DNA of 62,286 nt, counting the filler, from Stramenopiles sp. TOSAG23-3 (taxonomy: Eukaryota): NCBI GenBank assembly GCA_900128585.1. It is 5 parts of 5 records of this genome, joined end to end, with 100 filler letters (N's around TTAATTAATTAA, not from the genome) between each part and the next. Parts side by side here need not be neighbours in the genome. Positions count along the whole stretch, not along the records: positions 1 to 27,871 come from LT642254.1; positions 27,972 to 55,672 come from LT642255.1; 3 more parts are not named here. One strand, 5' to 3'. Numbering within the stretch: the stretch's first letter is position 1; the number at the start of each line of letters is the position of its first letter. Position numbers and translations under genes: made by a program. Below the pieces are notes generated by a model. It saw nothing but the letters and a program-made list of their open reading frames with translations. It was not told the DNA's origin and searched no databases. Shown piece by piece: positions 22,239-33,250 of the stretch.

Positions 22239-23693
22239 TTAGCTTACAACTCTGTTTTCCTGCAATCCACCTGCCCATTCCGGCCTGCCAACTTGATACT
22301 CCCAATCGCTCCCTTTGTATTTTAAAGCATGCAGCCAGATACCGGTGTGACGCAACTGCGTGTTGGTAAAGGTGGCGCTTGACCCACCATTGCAGTAACT
22401 GCACAAAGCCTTCAATCTGCCCAAGTCAGTGTCGGGAGCTGCGGTGGCTGGCAACGGGCGAAATACTTCGCTCTTTGATGCGATGGTTTCTACGTTGGTT
22501 TCGGGTGGTCCATAATTTGGATCATTTCCGATTGGAAATCCTAAAAATTGCAAATGTAAACGGATTTGGTGGGTTCGCCCAGTTCGCGGCATGCACGCAA
22601 CTACGCTTCCTTGTCGGTTGGCGCCTATTCGCTTGTGCCCGATGCATTTGATAAGTGTTGTTGCACTTTTCCCTTCTGCGTGACACTCATACACTCCATT
22701 TTTGGGGTCCAAGCATCGTTGCGGGACGGAAACTTCTATAAATTTTTCGCCATGTTCGCCGGGTACTACTTTGACCGTACCACCGTGAAGTTCAAGATTC
22801 TTTACATCGATGTGAGCCACCATGGCATCGAGGTCCGTTGGAAACTTCCCACGCACTAAGGCGAGATAGGTTTTCTGAACAGTCTTCTTCTCTATCTCTA
22901 AACAGACTTTTCTTGCAAAATCCCTGTTTCTTGCCAATAAAACTAATCCAGATGTTAATCGATCTAATCGATGAACAATGTGGACAGGCCAAAGATCAGG
23001 GTGCTCCTTTCGGAGGATGTGGGTAAGGGAATTGTGGTAGTAGGCCCCACAGGGGTGTACGGGAATTGTAGACGGCTTGTCGATCACGAGAACATCATCG
23101 CTTTGATGACAAATCTTTAACGGGCCACAGATTACTGGTGGCTCATGCCGGTGCGTTCTATGTATAATTTTATCACCATTCTTCAACAAATGATTTATGC
23201 CACTGCACTTTTCCCCATTGACAGTTATCATGCCTTGTGAAATGGCTTGTCGGTAGTAGGAGGAAGGGTGGGCGCTGAACTCACTACTGTAAACATCAAA
23301 CAAACCACGGCCTATCCATCGCTCTTTGGTGTACGTTGAAAACTCGTGAACGTACGGAATAACAGCGCGCATAGTCGATGAGCATATGAATTCACATGTG
23401 GCAATATCAACGCTCTCTCGGCTCCTGCGGGTCTTTTTACTCTCGCGGAGGTTGCTCCTCTTTCTTTTCACATTTTTTTTCAAACCCCTACCCCTGTAAA
23501 CGTTTTCCGCTTTCCGAAACAGGCGCTTGCGCTTTTTTTTACTTATATTCTCCCATGCATCCGCAGCAGCATTCGCCTGATCTCCATTGACAAATGTTCT
23601 GGCTATCTTTTCGATCTCTTCTAGGTCTTCTTTCGTATTGGGTTGCTGCCGTTGTGACCCCAACAAGGACGACACGGAACTTACGGAACTCAT
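22239..23693 (-). CDS. RluA-family pseudouridine synthase (RPUSD2/Pus9/Rib2-like)
   Basis: TYTKERWIGR, HRHEPPV, DKPSTIPVHPCG, HRLDRLTSG, TGRTHQIRLHLQFLGFPIGND, IWLHA. Confidence 0.95.
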   Translation of the reverse strand: MSSVSSVSSLLGSQRQQPNTKEDLEEIEKIARTFVNGDQANAAADAWENISKKKRKRLFRKAENVYRGRGLKKNVKRKRSNLRESKKTRRSRESVDIATCEFICSSTMRAVIPYVHEFSTYTKERWIGRGLFDVYSSEFSAHPSSYYRQAISQGMITVNGEKCSGINHLLKNGDKIIHRTHRHEPPVICGPLKICHQSDDVLVIDKPSTIPVHPCGAYYHNSLTHILRKEHPDLWPVHIVHRLDRLTSGLVLLARNRDFARKVCLEIEKKTVQKTYLALVRGKFPTDLDAMVAHIDVKNLELHGGTVKVVPGEHGEKFIEVSVPQRCLDPKNGVYECHAEGKSATTLIKCIGHKRIGANRQGSVVACMPRTGRTHQIRLHLQFLGFPIGNDPNYGPPETNVETIASKSEVFRPLPATAAPDTDLGRLKALCSYCNGGSSATFTNTQLRHTGIWLHALKYKGSDWEYQVGRPEWAGGLQENRVVS

Positions 23694-24513
23694 TGGCGCA
23701 GAATGACACTGGAATCGGATGAGCTCTCAATTACAAAATAATTAGTAACGCTCCATTCTATTTAAATTTACTCTTGGTTGGCTCGTTGGGCACTGCTAAC
23801 TTTTTCAACACATTTCAATCCATTCCATATGAATGAAGGGAAGCTAAATGGAGCGACGGTGGACTGATACGATCGCCACTATTTATTAGTCGTCGTAGTC
23901 ACGAAAAAACGAAAATGATGAGGCGCGAGTCTCCTCCTTCTTCCATCATCTTCTTCTCGCTTCGTCTTTCGTCTTCTTCTTCTCTTCTCCAACGTGTTCT
24001 TTTTTGATAGATAAACTTCTGTACCAGACAATACAATTTGAACTACTTGTCGTAAAGAAAATATTAAACTACCTCAAATGCTACCCCAATCAATGCTGTG
24101 CTCATTTTTTAATGCTCGAGTGGTTCCTCCGTTCATTTTTCCCACAGTAATCAATGTATTTCAAAAGTTGACTAAGAACGAAGCACAGCGTATACACTGT
24201 GTTGGGTAGTAATTCATTAGGAGGAAACAACAGGGAAGGAGAATGAAGGGAACGAGCGTTTGTTTGTTTGTTTTTTGATAAAAAAAGTTCCTTTTGTTGC
24301 AAACGCTGTTTTTGCAGAGTGGCAGAAACCTTTCTTCAGAAGAAATAGAGGGGTCCAGGCATGACGTGGTTTCTAAGTAGGCAACGGCTTGAGGGCGTAG
24401 GCGCCGCGATGCAATGTATATGTAAATTTAACAGGAGCAGTCCACCAAAATTTTATTATTTATTGATTAACTACAATGAATCATATATACCTTTGGAGAT
24501 CCGTTCTATTGAC

Positions 24514-24957
24514 TTACTCATAACGAGCTTGTACGGCAATCAAATCCATATCTTTCTGACCTTTAGCAGTAACAATGCGTCCACCATTTTCGCCATGGGC
24601 AACAACCCCAGCTTTCTGTAGTTGCTGTAGGCAGTGACGGATAATACCCTGAGTTCCTTTGCGGCTCTTGTTCGTGCAGGTACCACGACGAGCTTTCCCT
24701 CCGAAGGCTCTTGTCAATTGGCCAATGCCACGAGGTTTCAAGTAAACTTTGCGTGCTATAGCTGCGGCACGGGTGAAGTACCAGTCAGTTTCAAGTGGGC
24801 CGCATTCTTTCCATGTAGCCGTCTTGACCATATCGGACCACTCCGGGGGAGTCACCTTGTTGGAACGTTTGATGTGGGCAGCGTATGCTTTGATGAAAGC
24901 TTCCGCTTGGACGTCACGTACAGTCGTACTGCGCCTTTCCTCTTCTTCGCCTGGCAT
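24514..24957 (-). CDS. RPS19: 40S ribosomal protein S19 (eS19)
   Basis: TVRDV.AEAFIKAYAAH.K, PEWSDMVKT, DWYFTRAAAIARKVY, GQKDMDLIA. Confidence 0.97.
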   Translation of the reverse strand: MPGEEEERRSTTVRDVQAEAFIKAYAAHIKRSNKVTPPEWSDMVKTATWKECGPLETDWYFTRAAAIARKVYLKPRGIGQLTRAFGGKARRGTCTNKSRKGTQGIIRHCLQQLQKAGVVAHGENGGRIVTAKGQKDMDLIAVQARYE

Positions 24958-26625
24958 TATTATTGAAAAATGTAAATTACTAATGGACTAGATAATACGT
25001 GCTATTATGAGCAAGTTTTGTTCTTGTGATAGCTTATAGCCTCCGTTCCGAAACTATTAGTCGCTTTTCTTCGGGTTCAAAACGTAGTGTTGCACTAACC
25101 GTCTTGTGCGCAAGAACGTGCTTGAAGGAATAATGAAAGCGAGTGGAGACTGTCTCTCCGTTTGTTTGTATCGGTCCGTGCTGTTGTGTGGAGGTATTCT
25201 AAAACCAAGGAAAGAAGAGAGCGAAGAAGAGAATAATATTAGCACAGCATCCAAATGCACAAAGGATTCCAAATCATCTAATTTTATNNNNNNNNNNNNN
25301 NNNNNNNNNNNNNNNNNNNNNNNNNNNGAAGTGATAAATATGTTTAATATGAATATTTATTTACCTTAATTATAAAACAATGCTCAAAATAAATACATAC
25401 GCATAGCATTGGAATCGAAGCACAAAATAAAGATTATGGAAATACATTTAAACAACATTGGATTCCATTCTATTGCTTTATTACACCTATGTAGCATCAC
25501 TAAATTGAATGGTGGTTGTTAATCCTGAGTAATAATTGTTCCTGACCAGTGAAGGAAGTATAATAATATTTATTAATAATATTTTAATACTCCTTCCTCG
25601 TACGTACAGCTATGATTTTTAAGTAAGGAAATGTGTCTGTAGATATTATATATGCTGTGTGTATTATATGTAGGTCCACTATGTTTTAGACTAAAATAGT
25701 TTTTAATTCTATTTAGTTATTATTAAGATAAAAAATAAGTGATTTCATCTAAATCCTAACCTACAGACACAGACAGGCCTTATCACCCCATCCCGAATGG
25801 TCTTACATCGTTATATTAATACCGAAGGGACATATCCTTAATTAAGGCTTATCTTGTTCAGCCCAGCTCAGCCCAGCCCAGCCCTACCTACTCTACTCGT
25901 CCAGCTTGAGAGCTTGAGCGAGAAATGAAAAAAGTGAAGTCAAGCCAAGCCAAGCCACTTACTTCACTGCATTGTTTAATTCCTTAACGATATGTGTTTG
26001 TATAAAATACATAATGTATAATAGTATTCATTAAATTAAATTCTATGAAAGGTTCTTTTTTTCATTTTCATTAGTTTTTGGAACATTTGCTTTACTAATT
26101 ATAGTTATGTATTTTAAAAATGAAATAGAAATGTGTTTAAAACACCTCCTTAAATTCGTAGTTTGTTGCTTAAAACCGCAAAAAAATAATTCTTTTTTTT
26201 TAGTGTTAACATACGAACAGTAGGGATACTCGAATAAATGAATTAGTTCTTAGTTAGTCTAAACTGCAAATAGTCATAATTTAAACTGAATCAAAATGTC
26301 TTTATATTCATAATTATCTATTTCCTTTTATAAGTAAATTATTATATTACTGAACAAAAAAATTAAAAACAAAAAAATTATTATTAAAAAATTATTTTTA
26401 AATTTTTATTATAAACAATAATAATAAAACAGAGAGGAGGAGGAGGTGGAGGAGAAAGAAGAAAAAAAGAAGAAGAGAAAAAGAGAAAAAGAAGGGAATA
26501 GAATGATGGAATTTTGTGTCAATTGAACCTGGAGATAGTTTTAAACTAGGAGAGCTGAAATTAGCGTTATCTAACAAGCCTAGGATTTGTATAGTTTGCA
26601 CTCCCCCCGCCTTGTTTCTGTCAGT

Positions 26626-27598
26626 ATGCGCAGACTTCTTCCTTTTGCGTGCTCTACTACGCAGAGGCGCCTTTTTTCTAAATGGACCAAGCACGCCGCA
26701 GGGGCGTCTCGCTTTGGTCCGTCGATGCCTGGGTTTACTCCGTCCAGATTGACTCCGCGCGTCATTAGTGCCTCTTTCTTCAGCAGCAATTCTTCGTTGG
26801 AAAAATCGCGCCCGGGGGAGGGGTTAACTGTCCCCGCGAATTTGACTGTAAGCCACCTCGAGGATATTCAGAGGGAACCGGAGGATAATCACAGGGAACT
26901 AGAGCAAAGACACTGGTATCGTTTTCATGAACAAATAGTTCGTGACGGTTCGACTGTGTGGAACAAGCCGGTATTATCGCTATCGAACCGGGAGGAGCCG
27001 GTGGGGCAAGTTACCCTTGGATATGATATTTTTGGAATTCCACCACGAAACGACATTTTGCAAAGGGTAGTGCGCTGGCAGTTGGCAAAGAAACGCCGAG
27101 GGCTCGCGAAAACGAAAGACAGAGGGGAAGTTAGCGGTGGTGGAAAGAAGCCTTGGAAACAGAAAGGCACTGGTCGAGCAAGGGCAGGAAGCATACGATC
27201 GCCCCTTTGGAGAGGGGGGGGGGCGAACGCACGGCCCACTTGGCGGTCGCGACTGGAGCCACAACTTGCCGAAGAAAGTCCGGAAGTTGGGTTTGAAAGC
27301 AGCCCTCTCTACGAAACTTCGAGAAAACAGGCTGGTGGTTGTGGATACTTTGCAACTGGAGTCCTACAAAACGGGCAACTACGTTAGTGCACTCCATGAG
27401 CTCGGGTGGAAGTCCGCATTGTGTATTGAGGGCGACGAAGAAGACAATATGAACGCAAAAACGGGCCTTAACAACGTCCACTATGTCGACATATTACCCT
27501 CGCGGGGGGCCAATGTTTATAATATACTAAAACGGGAGTTGCTGGTTTTAACCACTGCTGGCCTGAAAGACTTAGAGGAACGGCTGGCTGGGCCTTGA
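26626..27598 (+). CDS. MRPL4: Mitochondrial ribosomal protein uL4m; apparent +1 frameshift at G10 run 27214-27223
   Basis: [38 protein letters not shown] continues in another frame as [26 protein letters not shown]; Arg/Ser-rich presequence. Confidence 0.92.
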
Positions 27599-27871
27599 GT
27601 TTCTCCAATGACGTATATACTTTCTCGGACGTTGTGTTGTGATGGGCACATGTATCGAGAGATGTAAACATAAAAATGCATATTTTTTAAAACTCTGTCT
27701 ACGATTAATTCAAAGCTCCCTAGATTAACATCCATGCCAAAGATTAGAAGCAGAAACTAAAAATTGACGATTTTACAGCCGTTTACCTCAGGACATTCTT
27801 GATGGCACGCACCATAGTATTTTTTACATACTATATAATTTGTTTTTTTTTATCATTAAAATTTTCTTTTT

Positions 27872-27971
27872 NNNNNNNNNNNNNNNNNNNNNNNNNNNNN
27901 NNNNNNNNNNNNNNNTTAATTAATTAANNNNNNNNNNNNNNNNNNNNNNNNNNNNNNNNNNNNNNNNNNNN
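27872..27971. other. Artificial contig-joining linker
   Basis: N44-TTAATTAATTAA-N44; stops in all six frames; same at four sites. Confidence 0.97.
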
Positions 27972-28060
27972 GAAGAAGAAGAAGAAGAAGAAGAAGAAGA
28001 AGAAAGAAGAAGAAGAAAGAAGAAGAAAGAAGAAGAAGAAAGAAGAAGAAGAAGAGAGAG
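27972..28060. repeat. (GAA)n/(GAAA) microsatellite at contig start
   Basis: Direct inspection. Confidence 0.9.
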
Positions 28061-28268
28061 GTTTTTTTTCATTCTTTCTTTCTGTATTTATTTACCATTC
28101 AAGAACACACACACGTTTGTCACAGTAGATATATAAAGATTACAATTCATTTCATTTTTCATCATCGCGTTGAGTACAGTGTGCGTTGTTTGGTTTAAGA
28201 TTTTGTTTAAATTGGGGAAATATTATCCTAACTACAGAACGACGAACTAGCCAACGGTTGGAAGAAAC

Positions 28269-29858
28269 ATGCCACGGTTCTTGTCGAAACTCCGGGCGGT
28301 GTCGACCCAGCAACGCCACCGTGTGTTTAGGGGTTCAGGGGCAAGGTTTCTTTCGGTGGGGTACAGTATAAGGCCTGCCGCTGACACAGAGGATGTTGAT
28401 CGAGGGGAGGAGAAGGTCATGGACAAGCAGGAGAAGGGCCAGTCCCAGCATTTGCCAACTTTGGACGTGCCGCTGGAGGGGATGCCCGACTTGGTCCCGG
28501 CCTCCGACTTGAAAGCCCCGGAAACGGAAATGACCACGCTGTCCAACGGGCTGCGCGTCGTGTCACAGGAAACGTACGGCCAGTGCACGACCGTTGCCTT
28601 ATTAGTAAATGCCGGGAGCCGTTTCGAAGCCGACGCCGCGCAGCAGGGTTCCACGCACGTCATGGAAGCGATGGCGTTCAAGAGCACCACCAACAGGTCC
28701 CACGCCGAAGTGGTCCGGGAGTTTGAGGACCTCGGCGTGTTCCCGTCCTGCGTCTCGGCGCGGGAAGAGATTCTGTATACGATAGATGTGATGAGAGACC
28801 GCGTTGAATCGGCGGTTGAAATTTTTGCCGACGCTGTGTGTAACCCCCTCTTTGACGAGAGCGAGGTATCTGAAGCCAAAGAAATCATGGGCTACATTTT
28901 GGAAGACATTTACTCCGAATCGCCCGCGCAGTTGGTGACGGAGGAGTTAGTGTGCGCGGCCTTTGGCCGGGACACCCCGGTGGGGCGGCCCATGATGTGC
29001 GACTTCGAAAGCTTGCCCGGGGTAAGCCCCGAGGGGCTAAAAGGCTTTGTGGACGCCCATTTCAGTGCCGAGAACATGATTCTTTCGGTAGCAGGGCTGG
29101 AGCACAAAGACGCAGTTGCGATCGCAGAGAAGTACTTTGGCGCCGTCCCCCGAAACTCGAGCGTCCCAGGAATAGAGGGCGTCCGTGCAAGCCAGTTGCA
29201 GCCGGGGTCGTACGTTGGTGGCCAGACGTTAAAGTCTGTCGAAAATTTGCCGTTCACCCACGTCGCGCTAGCATTTGATGCGGGCGGCTGGCACGGGGAC
29301 GATTTGGTCCCCGTGTGTGTATTGCATAGCCTGCTGGGTGGGGGGGACTCGTTCAGTGCCGGGGGGCCAGGGAAAGGGATGTACTCCCGGCTCTACCGTC
29401 AAGTGTTGAACCAGTACGCCTGGGTGGAGAGCATACTGGGCACGTCCGTGATGCATGGGGACTGCGGGATAACTGGAATGGTTGGCAGCTCGGAAGGACA
29501 CTTTAGTGCCAACATGCTTGCCGTCATGTGCTACCAATTGAAAGCCCTTGCCACAAACCCCGTCGAGCACATCGAACTGTCCCGGGCCCGGAATCGTTTA
29601 AAATCCTCCGTGTTGATGAGCTTAGAATCTCGCATGTTGCTGGCCGAGGACATGGCCAGGCAAGTGGCAACCTACGGCTTTCGGGAGTCTCCGGGGCTTT
29701 TGATGGAGAGAATAGAGAAAGTAACGGCGGAAGATTTGGTGCGTGTCGCAAACCGTGCGATCAATTCCAAACCCACCATAGTTGCGTACGGCGATATCTC
29801 AAAAATACCACCCAACGTATCCGAATTGGTCGAAGCAACGTTGCAAGCAGATGCATGA
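28269..29858 (+). CDS. PMPCA: Mitochondrial processing peptidase alpha subunit
   Basis: TTLSNGLRVVS, degenerate THVMEAM (no HxxEH), Gly-rich loop GGGDSFSAGGPGKGMYSRLY, presequence. Confidence 0.95.
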   Translation: MPRFLSKLRAVSTQQRHRVFRGSGARFLSVGYSIRPAADTEDVDRGEEKVMDKQEKGQSQHLPTLDVPLEGMPDLVPASDLKAPETEMTTLSNGLRVVSQETYGQCTTVALLVNAGSRFEADAAQQGSTHVMEAMAFKSTTNRSHAEVVREFEDLGVFPSCVSAREEILYTIDVMRDRVESAVEIFADAVCNPLFDESEVSEAKEIMGYILEDIYSESPAQLVTEELVCAAFGRDTPVGRPMMCDFESLPGVSPEGLKGFVDAHFSAENMILSVAGLEHKDAVAIAEKYFGAVPRNSSVPGIEGVRASQLQPGSYVGGQTLKSVENLPFTHVALAFDAGGWHGDDLVPVCVLHSLLGGGDSFSAGGPGKGMYSRLYRQVLNQYAWVESILGTSVMHGDCGITGMVGSSEGHFSANMLAVMCYQLKALATNPVEHIELSRARNRLKSSVLMSLESRMLLAEDMARQVATYGFRESPGLLMERIEKVTAEDLVRVANRAINSKPTIVAYGDISKIPPNVSELVEATLQADA

Positions 29859-30767
29859 ATGGAAATGAAAGAAGGATGGATGGAAGTATTCTAGGTAAAA
29901 AAATATATCTATCCCCATAAATAGCTTAATCTATTATATACAAACATAATTATGTATAATGTTCATTATTTTATAGAATATAATCTTTACCTATGAATTA
30001 GTAAAATCTAACTACCTATAAAATTGGTGGTTTTCCTTCCTTTCGCGAAGCTTCTTCTTTCTGGAATTCGTATTATTAAGTAATGTATAAATACATATAA
30101 TTGAATTGAATACTATATATATATATAATACTTTGCTTATCTATCTTTTATTTCATAATACCTTACTTTTATTACATTTCCTATTCGTTATTCTCGCACA
30201 TTTTTATTGATGATATTTTATATCATTAACATAACCATAGCATAAAGAATTGATTATTATTTATTAAAAAAGGTGTGTGTGGTGTGATGATGGATGGGCG
30301 TATCTTCTTCTTTCTTTTCTCTTCTTTCTTTCTTTCTGTCTTCCTTCGTTCTTTTTTTTTTAATAATATTCTAAAATATTATTTTGTTATTAAGCTTACA
30401 CAGCCGGCACCACCGCCGGAAAAAATATAATAATAATAATAATATTAAAAAAATGCCGATCGTCGGATGACCACCGGACAGGACAGACTGTTTCAACAGA
30501 GCGTGTAAGTAATTGTTTCTACCATCCATATATAAAATCTTATGAATTTGTTGCGCGTCATTGCAGAATCGTGAAGTTTGATATTAAACGTCACACAACG
30601 ATTTATATATATATTCTATATACTAGTCGTGCTTTACTTTTTTATTGTCCAGTTTGTTGTGCCTATACTACGGCCGTCCGCCCACCCCGCCCCGTGCGTT
30701 TCTTTTCCGCTTCCCTTTACCGTCGGTGACCGAGGTCCGACCAGAAACTTGAACCGTATTACTTACT

Positions 30768-33053
30768 ATGAGGCGTTTTATCTCTACGGCGGTGCATAAA
30801 GCAAGCGGTGGTCGTGCTGGGGCGCTGAACAATACCGCTGGTGTCTCTCAGGGGCTGAGGTCGCGCGCGGTATGGAACCACCACCGTCTACTGGCTTTGA
30901 CCACTAGTCACGCGAATGGTTTGGGTGTGCAGCCGTTCAGCAGCGGGGCAAATTTCGACAACAGCAGTAGGAGTCCTGTTCGCCGTTTTTCGTTGAACGC
31001 GCACCCGGTGGTGAAATCTCCAGAGCTGTACGTTCAAACGGGAGGGGGGCGTGGCTATGACAGTAGTCGGTCCCACTTGATTAGATACCACGGCTCTGCC
31101 CGCCCGTTCTCCAGTGGCTCGGGGAAGGACGAGGAAAAGGAAAAGAGCAAGGACGAGGGGGGGGCGGAAAAGGGTGGTGGCGGCTTCTTTTCTACGTTTC
31201 TGAAAGAAATCCAAGACGAATTGGAGAAGAACGATGAGCTGAAGGAGAATTTGGGAAAGCTAAAAGGGATGAAAGAGGACGCTGTGAAATCCGCCGAAGA
31301 AGCGAAGGAATCTTCAAAGGTCGAAGAGAGATCTGACGCTGTCAAGGAGGAAGCGAAGAAAAAGCTGGACGAAGCTACGGAAGAAGCCAAGAGGAGGTCG
31401 GAAGAATTGTACAATACGGCAAAATCGGCGCAAGAACTGTTCGAGGAAAAATGGGGAAACGTTTCCCAGACAGTCCGCGACAAGACAGAAAAATTAGAAA
31501 AGGATAGCGAATTTTACCGATCTGCCAAGGAGCGGGCAAAGAAAGCCCAGGATGCAGCGTCCGAGGGCGCAGAGAAGCTCGGCGAAGACAGCCGGTTCCG
31601 GCGAATTTCCAAAACGACATCTTCGCTGTTTAAAGAGGCGAAGGACGATTTGTTCGGTGCTGACGCTGAAACCCGCAAAGAACGGAGGGATCAAACGAAG
31701 CGAATCCGCGAGCGTAAAGCGGAGCGCATAGCAGCCCGAAACGAGGCGATAGCGGCGAAAAGGGCGGCCGAACTCGAAGCTGAAGTAGGTGGAGAAGGCT
31801 ACGATCAGGAGAAGGACGAAGGGGGCATGAAAAGTGACTGGGCAGAAGCGATAGACGAAGAATCAGGAGACCCATACTACTACAACGTAAAGACGGGGGA
31901 AACAACCTGGGAAAAACCGGTAGGGTTTGGGGGGGTGGAAGGCGCGGAAGAAACGGAAGAAACGGAGCGGCTTGCTGCCGGCGAGGGGGAAGGGGGCGCT
32001 GAGGAAAAAGATGGGGGCGCAGAAGAACAGTACCCAACGATCAGTGAAAGCGAAGCCAGGGCCTACTTTGACGGCTTTGACAGAGATGGGGAGGGTGTCA
32101 TCGGAGAAGAAGATTTTGATGAACTGGTCGACATCATTGCAGAAAATCGACCAGAAGTTTGTATTCCACAAACTCGGGCCGAAGTGCTGGCTGCATTGGA
32201 GAGGATGGACCCGGACGCAAAGGGGGAAGTGCACGCGGATGCGTACCTGGACTGGATCGACGCGTACACGTCGTCGGGGGGGCAATCGCACGGGGAAGTT
32301 ACTGGTGGGGCCATTATTCTTCGGGGTGACGTGGAGACCGCGTGGCAGCGTGCGGGTGAGCGCCTTCGGAGTACCCCTCTTATCCAAGATATTTTGGGCG
32401 CCTCCGAGTACGCGGGTAGGCAGTTTGACGAAACGGATATGGGCCAACGGACCCGCAACGTTCGTGACCGCGTGTCTAACCTGCGCGAGGACGCATTGGA
32501 AACGTGGGAGACCAGTCAAAACCCGTGGGTTTACCGCTTTGCGTCCGCGTACGATGGACTGACAGCAGAGACCGAGCAGGGCCAAGCAATACGGGAACTG
32601 AAGCGCTTGGACCCTGGTTGGGACCTGTTGGACTGGTTCGAAGAGGTCCAGGATGAGATAGCACCCGCCGTGCTACGTGGCTACTTAGAGGGTGACGATG
32701 AGATGATCGATTTCTACTGCTTTGAGCAGGCCGGTGCGGTGATCAAAGCGGCCACCAAGGAGAATAAATTGAACGGCAAAATCCCGGATCCGACCATATT
32801 GGATTGCCGGGGCGTCGAATTGCTCGCCGCGCGGGTGCTGCAAAAGGCTCCACCCATTCTAGTCGTTAAATTCCAGACCCAACAGATTAAGTGCGTCAGA
32901 AACAACAAAGGTGAAGTTATCGAGGGATCCGAAGACCAAGTCGAAGCAGTGTTTTACTACATGGCCGTTCAAAGAAATTGGGACGAGGAAGCAGAGGAAC
33001 TCAGGTGGCACGTCTTGGAGTTTCAGCTAGTCGGGAAGCTGGATTGGCATTAA
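30768..33053 (+). CDS. TIM44: Mitochondrial import translocase Tim44 with internal WW and EF-hand domains
   Basis: Presequence; WETSQNPWV, ETEQGQAIRELKRLDP, FQTQQIKCVRN.KGEVIEGSEDQV C-terminal Tim44 domain. Confidence 0.88.
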   Translation: MRRFISTAVHKASGGRAGALNNTAGVSQGLRSRAVWNHHRLLALTTSHANGLGVQPFSSGANFDNSSRSPVRRFSLNAHPVVKSPELYVQTGGGRGYDSSRSHLIRYHGSARPFSSGSGKDEEKEKSKDEGGAEKGGGGFFSTFLKEIQDELEKNDELKENLGKLKGMKEDAVKSAEEAKESSKVEERSDAVKEEAKKKLDEATEEAKRRSEELYNTAKSAQELFEEKWGNVSQTVRDKTEKLEKDSEFYRSAKERAKKAQDAASEGAEKLGEDSRFRRISKTTSSLFKEAKDDLFGADAETRKERRDQTKRIRERKAERIAARNEAIAAKRAAELEAEVGGEGYDQEKDEGGMKSDWAEAIDEESGDPYYYNVKTGETTWEKPVGFGGVEGAEETEETERLAAGEGEGGAEEKDGGAEEQYPTISESEARAYFDGFDRDGEGVIGEEDFDELVDIIAENRPEVCIPQTRAEVLAALERMDPDAKGEVHADAYLDWIDAYTSSGGQSHGEVTGGAIILRGDVETAWQRAGERLRSTPLIQDILGASEYAGRQFDETDMGQRTRNVRDRVSNLREDALETWETSQNPWVYRFASAYDGLTAETEQGQAIRELKRLDPGWDLLDWFEEVQDEIAPAVLRGYLEGDDEMIDFYCFEQAGAVIKAATKENKLNGKIPDPTILDCRGVELLAARVLQKAPPILVVKFQTQQIKCVRNNKGEVIEGSEDQVEAVFYYMAVQRNWDEEAEELRWHVLEFQLVGKLDWH

Positions 33054-33140
33054 ATTAAGGAGTCCGTTGTGCGTGGTGTAGTCAGTGTCACACTCGCCCT
33101 ATTGCTTGAGTATGGTGTTTTTATTTAAATTTTAAAAATT

Positions 33141-33178
33141 TAATTACTTAAATATAACAGCCAATTTTCTTGTTTTTT
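33141..33178 (-). repeat. Gene-3'-end element (2-nt insertion)
   Basis: + strand TAATTACTTAAATATAACAGCCAATTTTCTTGTTTTTT; 72 nt past the NACHT-WD40 stop. Confidence 0.88.
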
Positions 33179-33250
33179 GAAAACTTAATCTGTGTGGCAT
33201 TTCATATTTTTGTGCCAAACGTCAAACCACATTAACCTCTCTTGTGATGT

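Noticed and set aside
24100-24420. GC-richer patch downstream of RPS19 as a snoRNA or tRNA
   Set aside because: No convincing C/D, H/ACA or tRNA box pattern by eye; no rRNA or tRNA gene recognised anywhere in the window.
27916-27927. TTAATTAATTAA palindrome recurring four times
   Set aside because: Always embedded in exact N44 flanks; an assembly concatenation linker, not biology.
26626-33053. Apparent cluster of three mitochondrial genes (MRPL4, MPP-alpha, Tim44)
   Set aside because: MRPL4 is across an artificial linker; only MPP-alpha and Tim44 are truly adjacent, and two genes are weak evidence of clustering.
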